Part shown: positions 33,601-46,633 of the stretch, one piece after another
Position numbering within the stretch: the stretch's first letter is position 1
Layout of the letters: each line of letters begins with the position of its first letter
From: Azolla caroliniana
Lineage: Eukaryota > Plantae > Polypodiophyta
Length of the DNA: 64,000 nucleotides
NCBI GenBank assembly: GCA_043228905.1
Contig: JBHGNT010000018.1
Location: 4,526,001-4,590,000 of the forward strand
Direction: 5' to 3'
Notes under the pieces: generated by a model
Database searches by the model: none
Told to the model about the DNA's origin: nothing
The model's input: the letters and a program-made list of their open reading frames with translations, nothing else
Position numbers and translations under genes: made by a program

Positions 33601-36600
33601 AAAGGGGTTCACAACTTTGGATCACATATTGACCCTCTGAGCCCTTGTCGAAAAGGGCAGAGGCCATAAAAAGAGGATTTATTGCTTCTGTTTTTGAAAA
33701 ACCTTCAATACTGCATAACATGCTCAGCTCATGTAGTAGCCAGAAGCCCTTGGTGCCCCATTGATATGCAATGGGGAATCTATGCACTATTTGAATCCAT
33801 GTCACGAAAACTGAGATCTCCCAATGGGTTGTCGGAGGCTGTGGCTAGCACAATTGGAGTTAAACATGGATGCCCACTATCACCCACTCTCTTAGGTCTA
33901 TACAGATGAGGCATTGCATTACATGGAGAGATTTGGTGGTTCAGGAGATGCTAGTGGATACAGCCATACAGCATGGCTAGTGAGTACAGCCATACAGATA
34001 TTACTATATGCTGATGATATTGTATTAATCTTCAACTCTCCAGAGGAACTACAAATACCTTTACACGCCTTAAAAACATTTTGTACAAACAAAGGTTTTG
34101 TCAGTAAACCTAGATAAAACGAAAATGATGATGTTTAACACCAATCAAGCACGGATAACGAGATCAGAGCTAGAATTCTTTTTGGGAGAGGAAAAGGTGG
34201 CATATACATGATCCTACACATACCAAGCAGTAACATTCATAGAACCTGGTCCTCCTTACGGGAGGCTTCTTGTGCCAACTTTCTCGTGGATGTACAGCCC
34301 TTGGTGCCTAAAAAGGCAATGTGCATGTACACAGTCCCATAGCCACGAACTAAATTGTGGCTATTTGATACAATTGTCACATAGAATCTTCTCTATGAAT
34401 ATCAACCTCACTAGTGAGGAGTCACTATGGATGAAGCCATTGCCCTCCAACCACCACCACCATCATCTGGACATTCCAGATCTCACTAATTCAACAACAT
34501 TTTCATGGTTCGTTATGTTGTCCATGTTAGACTACCCCATAATGGAGATTTTCGCAATTAGAAGGCACCAGTTTTGATATTAGTACTCCATTCGAAAGAC
34601 ATAACCATGGTATCAGTGTATTAGCCAACATAGCATTGTAGGGACATTAGTATATCAAATTTTCTATCTTTTTTTTCTTCTCAAAATTCTTGTAGCCTGG
34701 TCCAACAACTTGGGGAAAGTTCTTATTGTTGAGAATGATTAAAGGTTATAGCCAAAACGGCTAGCCCAACAGCTAGTTATCCCAACGGCCAGAACTTGGA
34801 CTTTAAGAGGAACCTTCTCCTCATGTAAAAAGTGATCTCTGTGTTTTTCTCTCTCCTGTTGTGGCATATTATATGTATATTCTTGAGAATAAAGGTGTGT
34901 TTCTCATTTTTCAATATGTTATCAGAGCCTAGATCCGCCCCTCTGCAAAACCCTAGATCCTCCCCTCTGCCAAACCCTAGATCCTCCCCTCTGCCAAACC
35001 CTAGATCCGTCCCTCTGCTGGTGTAACTGTGATCGGAACAGCACTGTCCTAGCATCCAAGAGAGGAAAGGGAGGCTTCTCCTTCTAGGATGACAGTGCCA
35101 TGTGAATGAGAGGTGATTTCAGAAAAGAAGTCAGAAGAAAAGAGAAGAGATAGTCTGGGTTGAGAAGATGGATGAGGTGGTCAAAATTGAACAAGGATCA
35201 TGTGAAAACGTTGGTGAAATTCATGAAGCAGGCTGAGATTGTAGCGTTTGGAAGTGTGACAGGAACACCCCACCTCGACTTCTAGAATACGGAGGACGTG
35301 GACAAACTAGAGGTCGCCGTTGTGGGGGCCAAAGCGGAGGTCACCAGGCAAGCCTGATGGTAGCAAAAGAAGAGGAAGGAGCTAAGGTGGTGTTCACCGA
35401 AGAGGATCAAGCTCTCTTAGAAAAACTTAGGAGGAAGCAAAGAGCCACATTTATGCCAAGGGGTAATGTTGTTACCTATGCTTATTCGGCCAAAGGTACT
35501 AGTAACACATACTCGTGCCTCTACACCAGAATGTATAATTGATTCTGGTGCATCTAGGCATGTGACGGGTAATGCTAGCAAGTTCTCCTCAAATACTCAC
35601 TTAGCAATACCAGAGAGCATTCAAACTGTTGACGGTAGAACACAACCTATAGTAGGTATAGGTACAGTGAAATGTACCAACTCTGTGATATTGACTAATG
35701 TGTTGCATGCTCCTTTCCCAGTAAACCTATTATCCATAAGTTCTATCATACTCCGACTAAAATGTGTTGTTTCTTTTGATATTCCCAAGGTGACATTCCA
35801 AGAGAAAGGGACAGGTCGGAGACTTGGGACTGGCACATGGCACATGGCATAATGGACTATGGTATTTGGATTGTGAAGGGCTGGATTCAACATTAGCATC
35901 TATGGTAAAGGGAACAGATGTGAGGGGATCTAAAATGAGTTGTGAGGACTTGTTCATACTTTACCACCAACGTATGGGACATACCTCTTATGGGGTTTTG
36001 AGTCGGGTGTATCCACACCTTTTTGAAAAGGCTGATAAATCGAAACTTGTTTGTGATGCATGTGAATTTGGTAAGCTTACTAAAAGCTCGTATCTTATTT
36101 CAGGTCATAGGAGTCCCCATGCATTTGATTTGATACACTCTGATGTTTGGGGAGCGTGTTCCACAAGTTCTATTAATGGATTTAGATATTTTGTCTCTTT
36201 CATTGACTGCTTCTCTCCTGTTACTTGGTCATATTTGATGAAAAATAAGAATGAAGTATTTGCTTGATTTAAAGATTTTCATAGAGCTGTTCAAACTCAA
36301 TATGGTGCTGCGTAGGCCTGTAGCTTCTCCAATTGACTCAAAGATCAAGTTAACTGAACTTGCAAGAGAGAAAGTTGATCATGAAAGGTATCAAAGATTG
36401 GTAGGTCAGCTGATTTATTTGACTCATACTCGTCTAGATATTTCATTTGCAGTAAGTGTGGTAAGTCACTACATGCATGATCCAAGGAAAGATCATATGG
36501 ATGCAGTGTACCAGATTCTGAGAACTCTCCTAGTAGAACTAAAGATGAAGCAAGAAAATCAGATGAGGCTTTGGTGTGACAATAATTCAGCAATCAGCAT

Positions 36601-39600
36601 TGCCAACAATCTGGTACAGCATGATAGGACCAAGCACATCGAAATCGATAGATTCTTTATCAAGGAGAAGCTTGATAGTGGGATATTAAAATTGAGTCAT
36701 GTTTCTACTAAAGATCAAGTAGCAGATTGTCTTACAATGGGACTTGGGCCAGTAAGTCTTTCTAGATTGTGTGACAAGATGGGCTTAGTGGATATCTTTC
36801 GCCCATCTTGAGGGGGAGTGTTGAGACTGATTAAAGTTATAGCCAAAACGGCTAGTCAGCTCCAACAGCTAGTTATCCCAACGGCCAGATCTTGGCCTTT
36901 AAGAGGAACCTTCTCCTTATGTAAAAAGTGATCTCTGTGTTTTTCTCTCTCCTGTTGTGACCTATTATATGTATATCCTTGAGAATAAAGGTGTGTTTCT
37001 CAGTTTTTAATACTTATATACCTCCAATATACTTCCAAATGCCTATAGCAAATCAAATATACTAATAAAATGCAAATAATGAACTGATTGATTACTATGA
37101 AAATAGACAAAACTCTATGAGTTAATATATATGATCTTAACAAACAAACCTGCATTCCTTCAATCCCACTAATGCCAATGCCAATGTCTGCCTCCTGAAT
37201 CATACCTACATCATTTGCTCCATCACCTACTGCCAAAGTAGTCTTCCCTGTTTCTTCCTTGACTAGTCTAGTGACCTATATGGCAAAAAGGGGAGGACAA
37301 CTCAAGCAGCGAAGCATATTTGTTGTGTAGTTGATTACCTAAAGAAAGGAAATATGAAACTTAAGCTCTTAGAAAAACACATACCAGAGCTTTCTGCTTG
37401 GGTGAAACACGGCAACATATTACTGATGCACACTTAATAGCTATTTGAAAGAATTTCTTTTTCACCGCATCCTCCAAAGCATATCCCAAGGCTTTGCCAT
37501 CAATTATGAGCGCAAAAGACATGTTCGACCCTGGATCTAGCGTTACTTGCTGCTGTCCAATAGTTAGTTGGTTCAAAATAGTCTCTTGACAAACCTGAAT
37601 AAGAAGTGAAAAATGTGAATAACTGATGACTCTCATTTTGGGCATGTGTTTATCTCTGTGGATTTCTACACTTATTTGGAACAGAAATAAACCTTGATGA
37701 GGGCATCTTTATCATTTAGTTCTTCAGCTGCCTGGACATCTTGTGTTTCTAACGTGATAATGATTTGTTTCATATCTTGCCGGAGGAGGCTGCAAGCAAA
37801 GCTGCAGATCCAGTACAATGGAAGGGTTCACACATTCGATATTCTACTCAAATTTCAAGAAAATGTTATCTAATCAAAGCCAAAATATATCATACCCAAT
37901 ATTGATGGCGGTTTCTAATTTGTCACCAGTCAAAACCCAAATTTTCAGACCAGCCAAAGCAAGCTTATCAATACATTCTGGAACCTACCAAGAATTCAGA
38001 ATTTAAAGAAAGAGAGTAAGCAATCAGTTTGTATGCCCGACTAGATCAAAATTCTTCTCAAATTTTAGCCCACTAACCCCCTTTTGCAATTTGTCCTCAA
38101 CAGCAGTCGCTCCTATAAGCATCAAGTCTTTCTCAATCATCTCAGCTGCCTCATCTAATCTTGAATTCCTGCTTCCATCAATGGTAGTTTTAGCTTTTAG
38201 AAACACTTCATTCCATTCTTGATATGTTGCTTCATCCAGCCTCCTGTATGCCAAAGCCAGGGTTCTGAGCCCTGCATCCCCATACTTGGATAGGTGAACT
38301 TTTGTTTCATCCATGAATTCTTTTCCACTTTTGCATAGCCGTTCAAAAATCACACTATCACAAAAAACCAAAACAATGAGACTTGAAAACTTAATAGGAA
38401 GCCCTATTTTAACAAGAAAAAAGTATTTTTAATTAAAATTGCCTTATTATAATAGAATGGTCTATAATAGGAAAAAGCTACTTTAGATGCACACCTGTCT
38501 GCTCCTTTGCAGAGAATGAAAATCTGGCCATCCTCATCTCTGATAATAACGGACATGCGTTTTCGTGTACTGTTGAACTCTAGCAAATTCAGTACCTTGT
38601 ATTCTCTGATGTGCAGTACAACTTTTTTTAGTCAAAAAGCCCTCATTCAGTATACCATGATTATTACTTAGCTTTAAATGTAATACAGAAATTTCATAGA
38701 GATTAAAAGCTTCTTTTAACAAAACATACCGTTCAAGTATCCCAAGAGATGGCTCAAACTCTCTCACATGAACACTTGTTTGAGTTCGCTTGAAGAATTC
38801 AAATCCAAATTCTCGTGCCGCAACTACAAATGCTCCTTCATCTGGTGATTCAGCTTCATATTCAATGTTTCCACTATCATCCTCTTCAGGTATAGCTGTA
38901 TGACATACAGCTAGGACGCGAAAAAACATCCTGATAAGATCTGGTTGTTGCTGTGATATCCAAGCTCCATTCATGAGGCGTGCATCACAAAAATTGAAAC
39001 CTTTAATATGAGGCTTTTCTACCATCTCAACGGCTTCCTCATCAAGAATTTTCATATATCCTGCATCCTCTGATTGGCTAGATACCTCAATAAAGTTCTT
39101 CTTTGTCCTTTTTGCTGCAGCTCTCTCTACTTCAGTTACTCCAACTCCATATGAGACCCCTGATATTGAACACTTTAAAAAATCCATTTGGTTACATGTA
39201 AGAGTGCCCGTCTTGTCTGAAAGAATTGTGTTTACTTGACCAAGCTCTTCATTAAGATTCGATGTGCGAGCGTGAACTGGCTTATCAAGCTCTTCATAGT
39301 ACATGTGAATATCTTGGTTTATGAGCATGGCTTGAAGGACTTTCACTATCTCTATCGAGACATACAGAGAGATTGGTATGAGGTAGCCATACAAGATAAG
39401 AGCTGTAACAAACTGAAAAAAACCAGCAAGAACAGAACCTTCTGGATTGTAAAAGCTCGAGGCACTATCTGGACGAAGATACCACCATTGGGGCATGTCA
39501 TTTTTGGTTCGGAAGCTGAAGGTAATCGCTCCAACCAGGGAGATAAAGACTAATAGCCCAAAGAGGAAGTATATGATGGAATCCATCTTACGTTCAATAC

Positions 39601-41126
39601 GACTCCTTTTAGAAGGAGAATCAGTGGTATTCTGCATCACCTTTGTATCATGACCACTAAATATCACTACTCCATATACATATTGGGTATTGCGAAGCTT
39701 CGAGTCCCTGAGCAATATCTGCTGAGGACCAAGAGGAATGATCGAATCCTCAAACTCCAGATTTCCAACAAAACTGTATAGATTAGCATTTGGATCCTCA
39801 CATTGAATGGTTCCTAAAAACCCTTTGAAATTATCATTGCCTTCCAAACCCAAGGTGGAGTCATCTGTTTTCTTCAGCTTCAAATTTGTCTCTCCATCCA
39901 AGTTCATGGTCTCCACATAGCAAATACCATCTGGGTAGTTTGATGAAAGGAAAAGGAGATCAGCAGGAAAGAACTCATCTCTTTGCACCAACACAACATC
40001 ACCAACCCGAACATTTTTCCATTCGGTGTCAACAAATATACCATCCTTAACATGCACTCTCACAATGCGAGAGTTGACTTCTCTATCCTGTATGAAATGA
40101 TATCACCATCAATAAATCACCAAGCACATGAAACATCATCAAGAGATATCATCTCATTGAATGATATGGTCTACTAGACGTATCCCTAAGATACTGGTAA
40201 ATAACTCCATGCCCTTCATACTTGTAGAATACTTTGCGTACAATATGTGTACAGTACATATGCTACATATTCTACCTTTTTTTTAATCCTTAGAATATGC
40301 ATTCTAAAGGTAGAATACGGGTAATACGGGTAATACTTCTTACATTTTTATTGCATCTAACAATTGTTTTTAAGTCAACTTCTAAAATTAAAATTTTAAA
40401 ATGTTTGGGAAACGTAAAATACTTATAAAATACGTGAAACGTTTTAAGCTGGCAGTTCTAAAATGTAAAATACGTGTTAAATACTTCAGAGTATTCTATG
40501 CACAAAATACATGTTTTCTAACAGTTATGATGCCCTTAAAGATACGACTAACAGGACAAGTTCTTACAATGTCACCATATCGCTATATTATAATATATGA
40601 GTAGATATGTCTACATACATATACTATTGACGGTGTAAAATGTGATAGTTATATCTATGGCATTGTAGGGAAAAAGAAGTGTTCAGTTTTACAAACAAAC
40701 CTGTAAGAATCGTCGCCAATCTTCGATGGCCTCCTTGAGCATACTCACTCCAATCACAAACACAAGGGGAGCAATCATAGACCCCGGTGTGAAAGGAGTG
40801 AGTGGTGTAAGAGAGAGTCCAGCAGCAAGCAAGAAATACAAATTTGCTACTCGTCTGAATTGCTCAAACAAAGCTTTCGGAAAGAATGTGATGAGGTTAT
40901 ACTTAGTTGTAGAGACGTAGTTGGACAGATAATTGAAAGGCTTCTGTAGATGTCTCTCAGGTTGATTTACAAAAACAACTCGAGAGAAACCTGGACCTCC
41001 GAGAGGAACCTTGGCATCACCTTCCTCTACCACAGGCCGTACACATGAGTAGGAGTAAAGCTTACTTAGCCTTATCTTCTTCTTTCTTCTGTGGTTCCTG
41101 TCGTTTGGATGCTCCATAGAGCCCAT
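23989..41126 (-). CDS. ALA: P4-type ATPase / aminophospholipid flippase (ALA family, closest in style to the ALA4-12 group), 11 exons, 3666-nt CDS, about 1221 aa
   Basis: [57 protein letters not shown]; all ten introns GT-AG with compatible phases. Confidence 0.95.
24767..24920. mobile_element. Small MITE-like foldback in ALA intron 10
   Basis: About 36-bp imperfect terminal inverted repeats (AAAACACCAAAATAYCCC...CTTGTTRGATATTTT); TSD not clear. Confidence 0.65.
24948..25139 (-). CDS. ALA: ALA exon 10 (VCYFFYKN...FEQD...CLE)
   Basis: AG/GT flanks; 192 nt. Confidence 0.93.
25240..25338 (-). CDS. ALA: ALA exon 9 ([33 protein letters not shown])
   Basis: AG/GT flanks; 99 nt. Confidence 0.93.
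27751..28614 (+). CDS. LINE ORF1 (coiled coil plus L1-ORF1p/Transposase_22-like RRM-CTD), N-terminally truncated
   Basis: Long heptad region followed by VRVVGWAE...AWRVGR...ALIIRF...IYLDDDLT. Confidence 0.8.
   Translation, partial: SPSLAQEINRIREDIEIALKEEMKKEIEKQKSELYASIKAELLEEMRKDIISHVEKSHLELKDDMTQYLKDEISSSKVELGAIKVDFEKGQEAVERCISTVKANVMKEMQTWADIAKDAKAQAEHAQNEIKANAPWIEVVKKQKGTSTDRMAMMNATLEEEAKRKARALHVRVVGWAEKGSPQEDAKNLATKIGASDIPFASAWRVGRDESRAKALIIRFMDIDKKKAFLSKRKALKGEKIYLDDDLTPAQVAHRKENMPRVLDARKEGKWAVYRDGKVIITEKRTA
28621..32318 (+). pseudogene. LINE ORF2 (APE endonuclease, RT, C-terminal CCHC) with one frameshift at 30932-30934
   Basis: [51 protein letters not shown]...[10 protein letters not shown]. 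Confidence 0.92.
34727..37012 (+). mobile_element. Internally deleted Ty1/copia (element E, 2.3 kb) in ALA intron 8
   Basis: LTRs at 34727-34916 and 36819-37012; TSD CTTAT at 34722-34726 and 37013-37017; mutated PBS TGTTATCAGAGCC; PPT GAGGGGGAG; fragments [20 protein letters not shown]; 24-bp tandem repeat after the PBS. Confidence 0.93.
37150..37275 (-). CDS. ALA: ALA exon 8 (VTRLVK...[13 protein letters not shown]...EGMQ)
   Basis: AG/GT flanks; 126 nt. Confidence 0.93.
37385..37594 (-). CDS. ALA: ALA exon 7 (...ALIIDG...[11 protein letters not shown])
   Basis: AG/GT flanks; 210 nt. Confidence 0.92.
37693..37801 (-). CDS. ALA: ALA exon 6 ([10 protein letters not shown]...)
   Basis: AG/GT flanks; 109 nt. 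Confidence 0.9.
37896..37984 (-). CDS. ALA: ALA exon 5 (VPECID...[15 protein letters not shown])
   Basis: AG/GT flanks; 89 nt. Confidence 0.92.
38078..38354 (-). CDS. ALA: ALA exon 4 (VIFERL...GLRTL...EDKLQKG)
   Basis: AG/GT flanks; 277 nt. Confidence 0.92.
38495..38605 (-). CDS. ALA: ALA exon 3 ([18 protein letters not shown]...CKGAD)
   Basis: AG/GT flanks; 111 nt; phase 2 at both ends. Confidence 0.92.
38730..40087 (-). CDS. ALA: ALA exon 2 (DREVN...DGET...DKTGT...)
   Basis: AG at 40089-40088; GT at 38729; 1358 nt. Confidence 0.92.
40217..40529. mobile_element. hAT-type MITE (313 bp) in ALA intron 1
   Basis: 8-bp TSD ATGCCCTT at 40209-40216 and 40530-40537; imperfect TIR CATA(C/A)YTGT(T)AGAA; internal AATAC repeats. 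Confidence 0.8.
40701..41126 (-). CDS. ALA: ALA exon 1 (MGSMEH...WRRFLQ)
   Basis: ATG at 41126; GT donor at 40700; 426 nt. Confidence 0.9.
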
Positions 41127-41883
41127 ATCTCAAGGGACTTTTCTGAAAGAAGGAATTTCTAATCAAATCGAAATGGCCTGGATAAAATTGATGGCATGCT
41201 CAAAGTACAGTATCAAATCAGACAAGATATGATGCTTGCCCAAGCTTTCTTCAGCCAAATATGTTTCTTCAATTGGATGGTCAAAGCACCCTATAGTTTG
41301 AATCCGAAGAGATGAAAACTGCTAGAGAAATGCTTTTCTTCAATCAAGTTTGGTTCTTGCCTAGGATCAAAGAACCTGATAGGTCAAAATTCCCGCAAGA
41401 TTTAATGTTTTAAGGTCTCCCAGAAAATTTTCCTCAATCAAATATCTTCTAGGGTCAATTCATCAAAAAGGTAGATGATCTGAGGTTGCATCGACTAAAT
41501 TCTGTAAACAAAAGTCTATCCAAAGTCTGCTTCGATTCAACCTGAGGATTTTCTTGGGTCAGGTCACTGATATGACCTCCTCTGATAGAAACGCTAGCCG
41601 TAAGCCTCCTATCCTTATCCTCTTTCTTCTTTTTCCTCTTCTTTGAATGGATTAGCTACAACGAGAGTAAAACTTATTCCAAGAAAGACGATCTGATGGA
41701 AGAGGAAGAAACTTGCTGATCTAAGAGAAATCCTGAATCTCTCTTCTTCACCTTCTTCCTGCTCCTTTGGCCTTTTGATCCTTGTGTCTAGTTCTTCCTG
41801 CTCTTCTTCTTTCTTCTTCTTCGTCTGTTATTGCGGTTATTGTCAACGATAATGTTAGAATTCAACGAAAGACGGCGATGATT

Positions 41884-41886
<3 letters not shown>

Positions 41887-41930
<44 letters not shown>

Positions 41931-41993
41931 ACCTTCCAGGAACCTTCTTCTGAGTTTACTCTACTCCATAGCTGCACAAATGTGTCAAGAAAT

Positions 41994-42040
<47 letters not shown>
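41887..42040. repeat. (AG)20 and (CT)22 microsatellites in inverted orientation upstream of ALA
   Basis: Arms 41887-41928 and 41995-42040 with a 66-nt spacer. Confidence 0.9.
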
Positions 42041-42041
<1 letters not shown>

Positions 42042-45000
42042 AACCCCACCATCCAATCCATTCACTCCTCCATTCATACAGAAAGACCCTTCATTTATGC
42101 TTCCCATTCTCTCTCTACACTCTCTCTCTTTAGACTCTCTCTCTCTACACTCTCTCACTTTAGACTCTCTCTCTCTCTACACTCTCTCTCTCTCTCTCTG
42201 CATGACCCTTGAGCTTGTCCTGCCCTCTGGTCATGCCTCATGATGGTGACTTGACTTCTTGTTTGGTCAAGTCACAATCTTTGACCGCTTTTTAGTCAAG
42301 TCCCGCTTTGTCTCTCGGGCCTCCCCCGCCTTTCTCTCTCGTGCTTCTGGCCCCTACTCTCCCGTGTTAGTGTTTCCGATGACCCCCTCTCGTGTACGTA
42401 ACTCCATGGCTAATTGACTCTCCTCACTTTCGTCCGTTTCGCACTCGGGCGGCCGTAACAACCGACCGTTCCATGGATCTCTCGTGCTTTCCATGACCTT
42501 CCTTCATGTGCGTGTGTGTCTGTGCCTCTCTTTGCTTGTGACTACGACCATATTCAGGAATCGGCAGCTGTCCTGTTTCGGCTTAACCGGTTTGGCCTTG
42601 TCCAAACTATACCGATTAAGCCATTATCAGCTTCGTAACCGGTTTAGGCTTAACTGGTTTGAGCAATCCCATAACTGGCCTCAAACTAGTTAAGGAAGCT
42701 CAAACATGAACCGAACCTCCAAACCGTTTGTATTCAATTTAGGCTTGAGCCAAGCCGTTGCCAAATCCTAACCATATTGGGGATTGACTCTTTTGTCCCC
42801 TAGAGTTTCTTTCATTTCACACATGGATTGTTTTATTAGCTCTATGGATCCCTTTTGTTGCATTGAACGTGGCATATCTTTATATGCTTTTTGGTCCCAC
42901 CTGTATGCTCATTGCATGAACTTACCATCCATTCCATTGCATCTTATCGCTCGATGCCAAACATGCCCGTGCACTCACTACATGCCAATGATGTCTTCTC
43001 GTTCATGAATTGCTTGTGTGCATATTGAAGATGCTATTACGTTTAGACGTTTTGCAGTTTGAGGACAATTTATTATTGTGAGAATCAGTCAACTCAGCAC
43101 CTCTCTTGCATTGTCTCAAAGGTTCCACAACTTTAGGTCATGAAAAATGGAAGATTGTGGCATATTTTGTTCATACGTGCCTTCACATTTGTGGCCTACA
43201 AAAACACGAGTGGGTACCTATTCAATCCTAGCAGATAATGGGTATATTTATGTATAAATATTTGTGTTGACTTTATGTTAAACCCCAATATTATAACATG
43301 GTCTTTCGCCTTTGCATGGTGCTAATGCTATAGAGGAAAAATAGTGGAATCCCCAAGGGAAAACTAGAAAGGATTCTAATAACCTTTTGTGATCATTTCC
43401 TTGAAAATGACTGGCATCGGTGTCTCCCATGAATGCAATTCTTAATCAATGCTACTAATTTGTTGGCATTCGTATAATAGGTTGGCATGGTCGAAGAAGT
43501 TCTTTATGAGTGCAAAAGTCGACAATAATGGCCCTCTTGCCATTAGCTCAAACTAGTTAATTCAACATGTAGAATCAATGTCTTTTGGTGGTATTGTTAT
43601 TTGATAGGCTCTCTCCACTTGCAAACTTCTTGTCGTTTGGATGCATTTAGCATTGGCTATATTTAGTTTGACTTTACAATGTTTCTTCTTCTTGTTGTAC
43701 ATGGATACACTCACCAATAGATTTAACCTTATCATGTTCCATGAATGGGACTAGAATCCGATAAAGATAGTATTTGTGTCATCTACTAAATTTAATGAGA
43801 GCTATTTGCTTTTGCATGTACAATTCTCTAAAGTTTCATGTTTCCCCAATTAATGAGACTTCTCTCCAATTAATGAGAGCTATTTGCTTTTGCATGTGCA
43901 ATTCTCTCCTCAAAGATATCACATGAGGAGAGCGTAGCAGACACCTAAACATTGCACTCTACAAAAATTCATCCATGATGTTTGAGCATTTCATTCAAGT
44001 AGTGATATTTCAAATGGATATTAATCAACACAATTAATTGTTTGTTGCTTATTTGGATCTTTCGTCCATGTTATTTTTTCTTCCTACCATAGGATTCACC
44101 AAATGCATACCGATCAATAGTTAGGTATTGCCTAGCCTTATACATGGTATAATCGTGCAACTACATCATCTAGATAAACCACACGACCACGAAATGCAGT
44201 CTTGAGACTTTCATCATTTAAAGAGTATTCTCTTCCTTGCTTTGACGATTCATGAAACGTAAATGAATGCTCTTTCTAGAGTAGTACGTCAGGGACAATA
44301 ACACAAATGCACACACATCATATATTCCAATGTGAGAAGGATATTTTCCAGCCATAAACATGTTTTTCTAATGAACAAGGTAGGTAACCAAACTTAAACG
44401 AATTAGGATAACAATGAAAATATGATTACAATGTTTATTCAATGAAAGTTGTTGGAGCATCATCACCGATTCACCGGATCATGTTCGCCAATGGATCTAG
44501 AGAAAGACATAAGAGTTGGATGTGTAACATGTAAGAGATAGAAATCATAAGTACATATACCATATATGCTAATGTGATAAATTTTTTATGTTCAAAAACA
44601 AGGGCTAAACATGAACAAGTTTTCGTAGTGAACAAGGTAGGTAACCTAATTGTAAAAAAGGTAAAATATATGTATCCATTGAAAAGTACTTTAAGTTCAT
44701 TATGAAGGCGTGGTTGTGAACCTATTCTGCATGCGAGCGAAGGGGGAAGCTAAGCTCAATGGTGTATACATCAAAGACGCCACTTGAATTAATCATATTA
44801 TGAAATTTTGTTAGCAAAGAAAGGCATGATTTTCTTGCTCGTATGAATGTTTTTGAGAAAACTCTCCCATTCACTTCAATAAGTTAGGAGCATATGATCT
44901 TCGCAAAAGAAATTGATGGCGAATAGAAAACGTCGTTACGTATGTGAATAGTCCACAAATTCTCCTGCTTGGTAAGCTACAAAGCTACGTAATGGGCATC

Positions 45001-45979
45001 AAAACGTAAAATGATTAAGATTTTTCATGCTTTTTTCATGCTTTTCAACCAATAAATTCCATGAGAAGAATTCAACATGATGTTTCTAAAAAAACTACAC
45101 AGAAAAACTCCAGGAATCAAATGGCACTTCTTTACATGATCTAAATTTTATTTGAATTATTTTTGAAGGTGCGATCATTGCCATATTGCACAGATTTGTC
45201 CTAGAAACAAAAAAGACGATTGAGGAATCAAACTACAAAATGATCTTCAAAATAAAGTAAAAGGAATATAAACGAAAATAGGCGTGAGAAGATTGATTAT
45301 TTGGACAATATTGAAGTTGTCGCAAATATACTTATGCGTTAGGATAGTGAGAGAGCAATGTTGCGATAAAAAAGGTAGAGATTCTTTTGTTGGTGTTGTG
45401 GCTCGGGATCGATATGGTGCATGTTAGGACATGCATGTGAGTATGCCAACTGAAATTTCCAAAGACTTCCTCAGAACAACCTGCATTATAAACTTAAATA
45501 TAGTATGGTTAGTTAGGCAACATCTCGGCTTTGATGTTGAAGCAAAAACAACATAGTTAAAGGAAATTTGGCATCCTCACCAATTTCATCTAATAAATTT
45601 GTTACTTATATGTATTAGAGCTACAACTTACCCAATAAAGCTCTTTGAATTACCATAAAACATATGCTCCATTGGTATTAATAAAAAGCCCGGAGGCAGT
45701 ATACAAATAGTACATAATATTGTTTCTTCTCCACCAGTATATCTGAACTGATTCTAGCATTTGTAAAAACTGTTGGGAAAAAAAACAGCCATAAAACACA
45801 ACATAATAAAGCTCTTTGAATTACATAATATATAGATGTGGTAAAGCTCTGAGTATTAATTTCCTCACCATTACAGAACACATATGTTTCTGTTAGAACA
45901 TAGGCAATATGGAAGATCAAAACAATCTTGTAGTTTCTAGGATATAGGGCTATCTAAGGGGAGACTTGAGGCACTAACC

Positions 45980-46430
45980 GAATACATATATACATACAAT
46001 CTTACATGCACATAATCATACACATGCAATCATTCAAACATACACACGTGCGCACATACACACGTACAATCATTCAAACATTTGTGCATGCAATCATACA
46101 TACAAATTATTTTGCATGTATATAATCATAGACATACAATTACTCAAACATACATAGGCATAGGAAATATATACACACCATCAACATACACATATGAGAA
46201 TGTAAACATACATACAATCATGCACGTACACTTGTTCGAACATACATAAGTATACAACTTTACATACATACATGCATAGGCACACACACACAATAGGCAT
46301 ACACTCAATCATTCATTCATGCATATGATATACACACATACATGGAATCATTCAAAAGCACATACATCCATCCATAAGTATATACACTCGATTGTACTTG
46401 CATATACATACAATCATACATGAAACTAAC
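45980..46430. repeat. Degenerate CATA/CACA-rich low-complexity tract
   Basis: Recurrent CATAC and AATCATTCAAACA motifs. Confidence 0.75.
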
Positions 46431-46633
46431 AATGCAACCTCCAAACAATAGGATATCACGTCAATGATTACTGAAATGATATCACATCCATAAAAACATT
46501 TCGAATGTTTAAGCATTGGAGAACAATAAATTTATCACTTAACAATGAGAAGCCAACAATACTCTTAAAGTTGTATATATGTTGAGAATGCAATGTAGTA
46601 ATAAATAAGGTCATAGCGAAGATGGCCTTGCTC

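Larger units (their letters stand above)
26240..34690 (+). mobile_element. Old degenerate RTE-X-like LINE, split by a younger copy (about 26240-27750 and 32526-34690)
   Basis: Colinear similarity to ORF1 and ORF2 of the young copy with many stops; 58-bp duplication at 26740-26855; resumes at ACCTATTGGCTTGGCAG (32531). Outer ends approximate. Confidence 0.85.

Noticed and set aside
5957-37017. Identical TSD CTTAT for the solo LTR (5957) and copia E (34722)
   Set aside because: Two unrelated elements and an AT-rich 5-mer; chance is sufficient.
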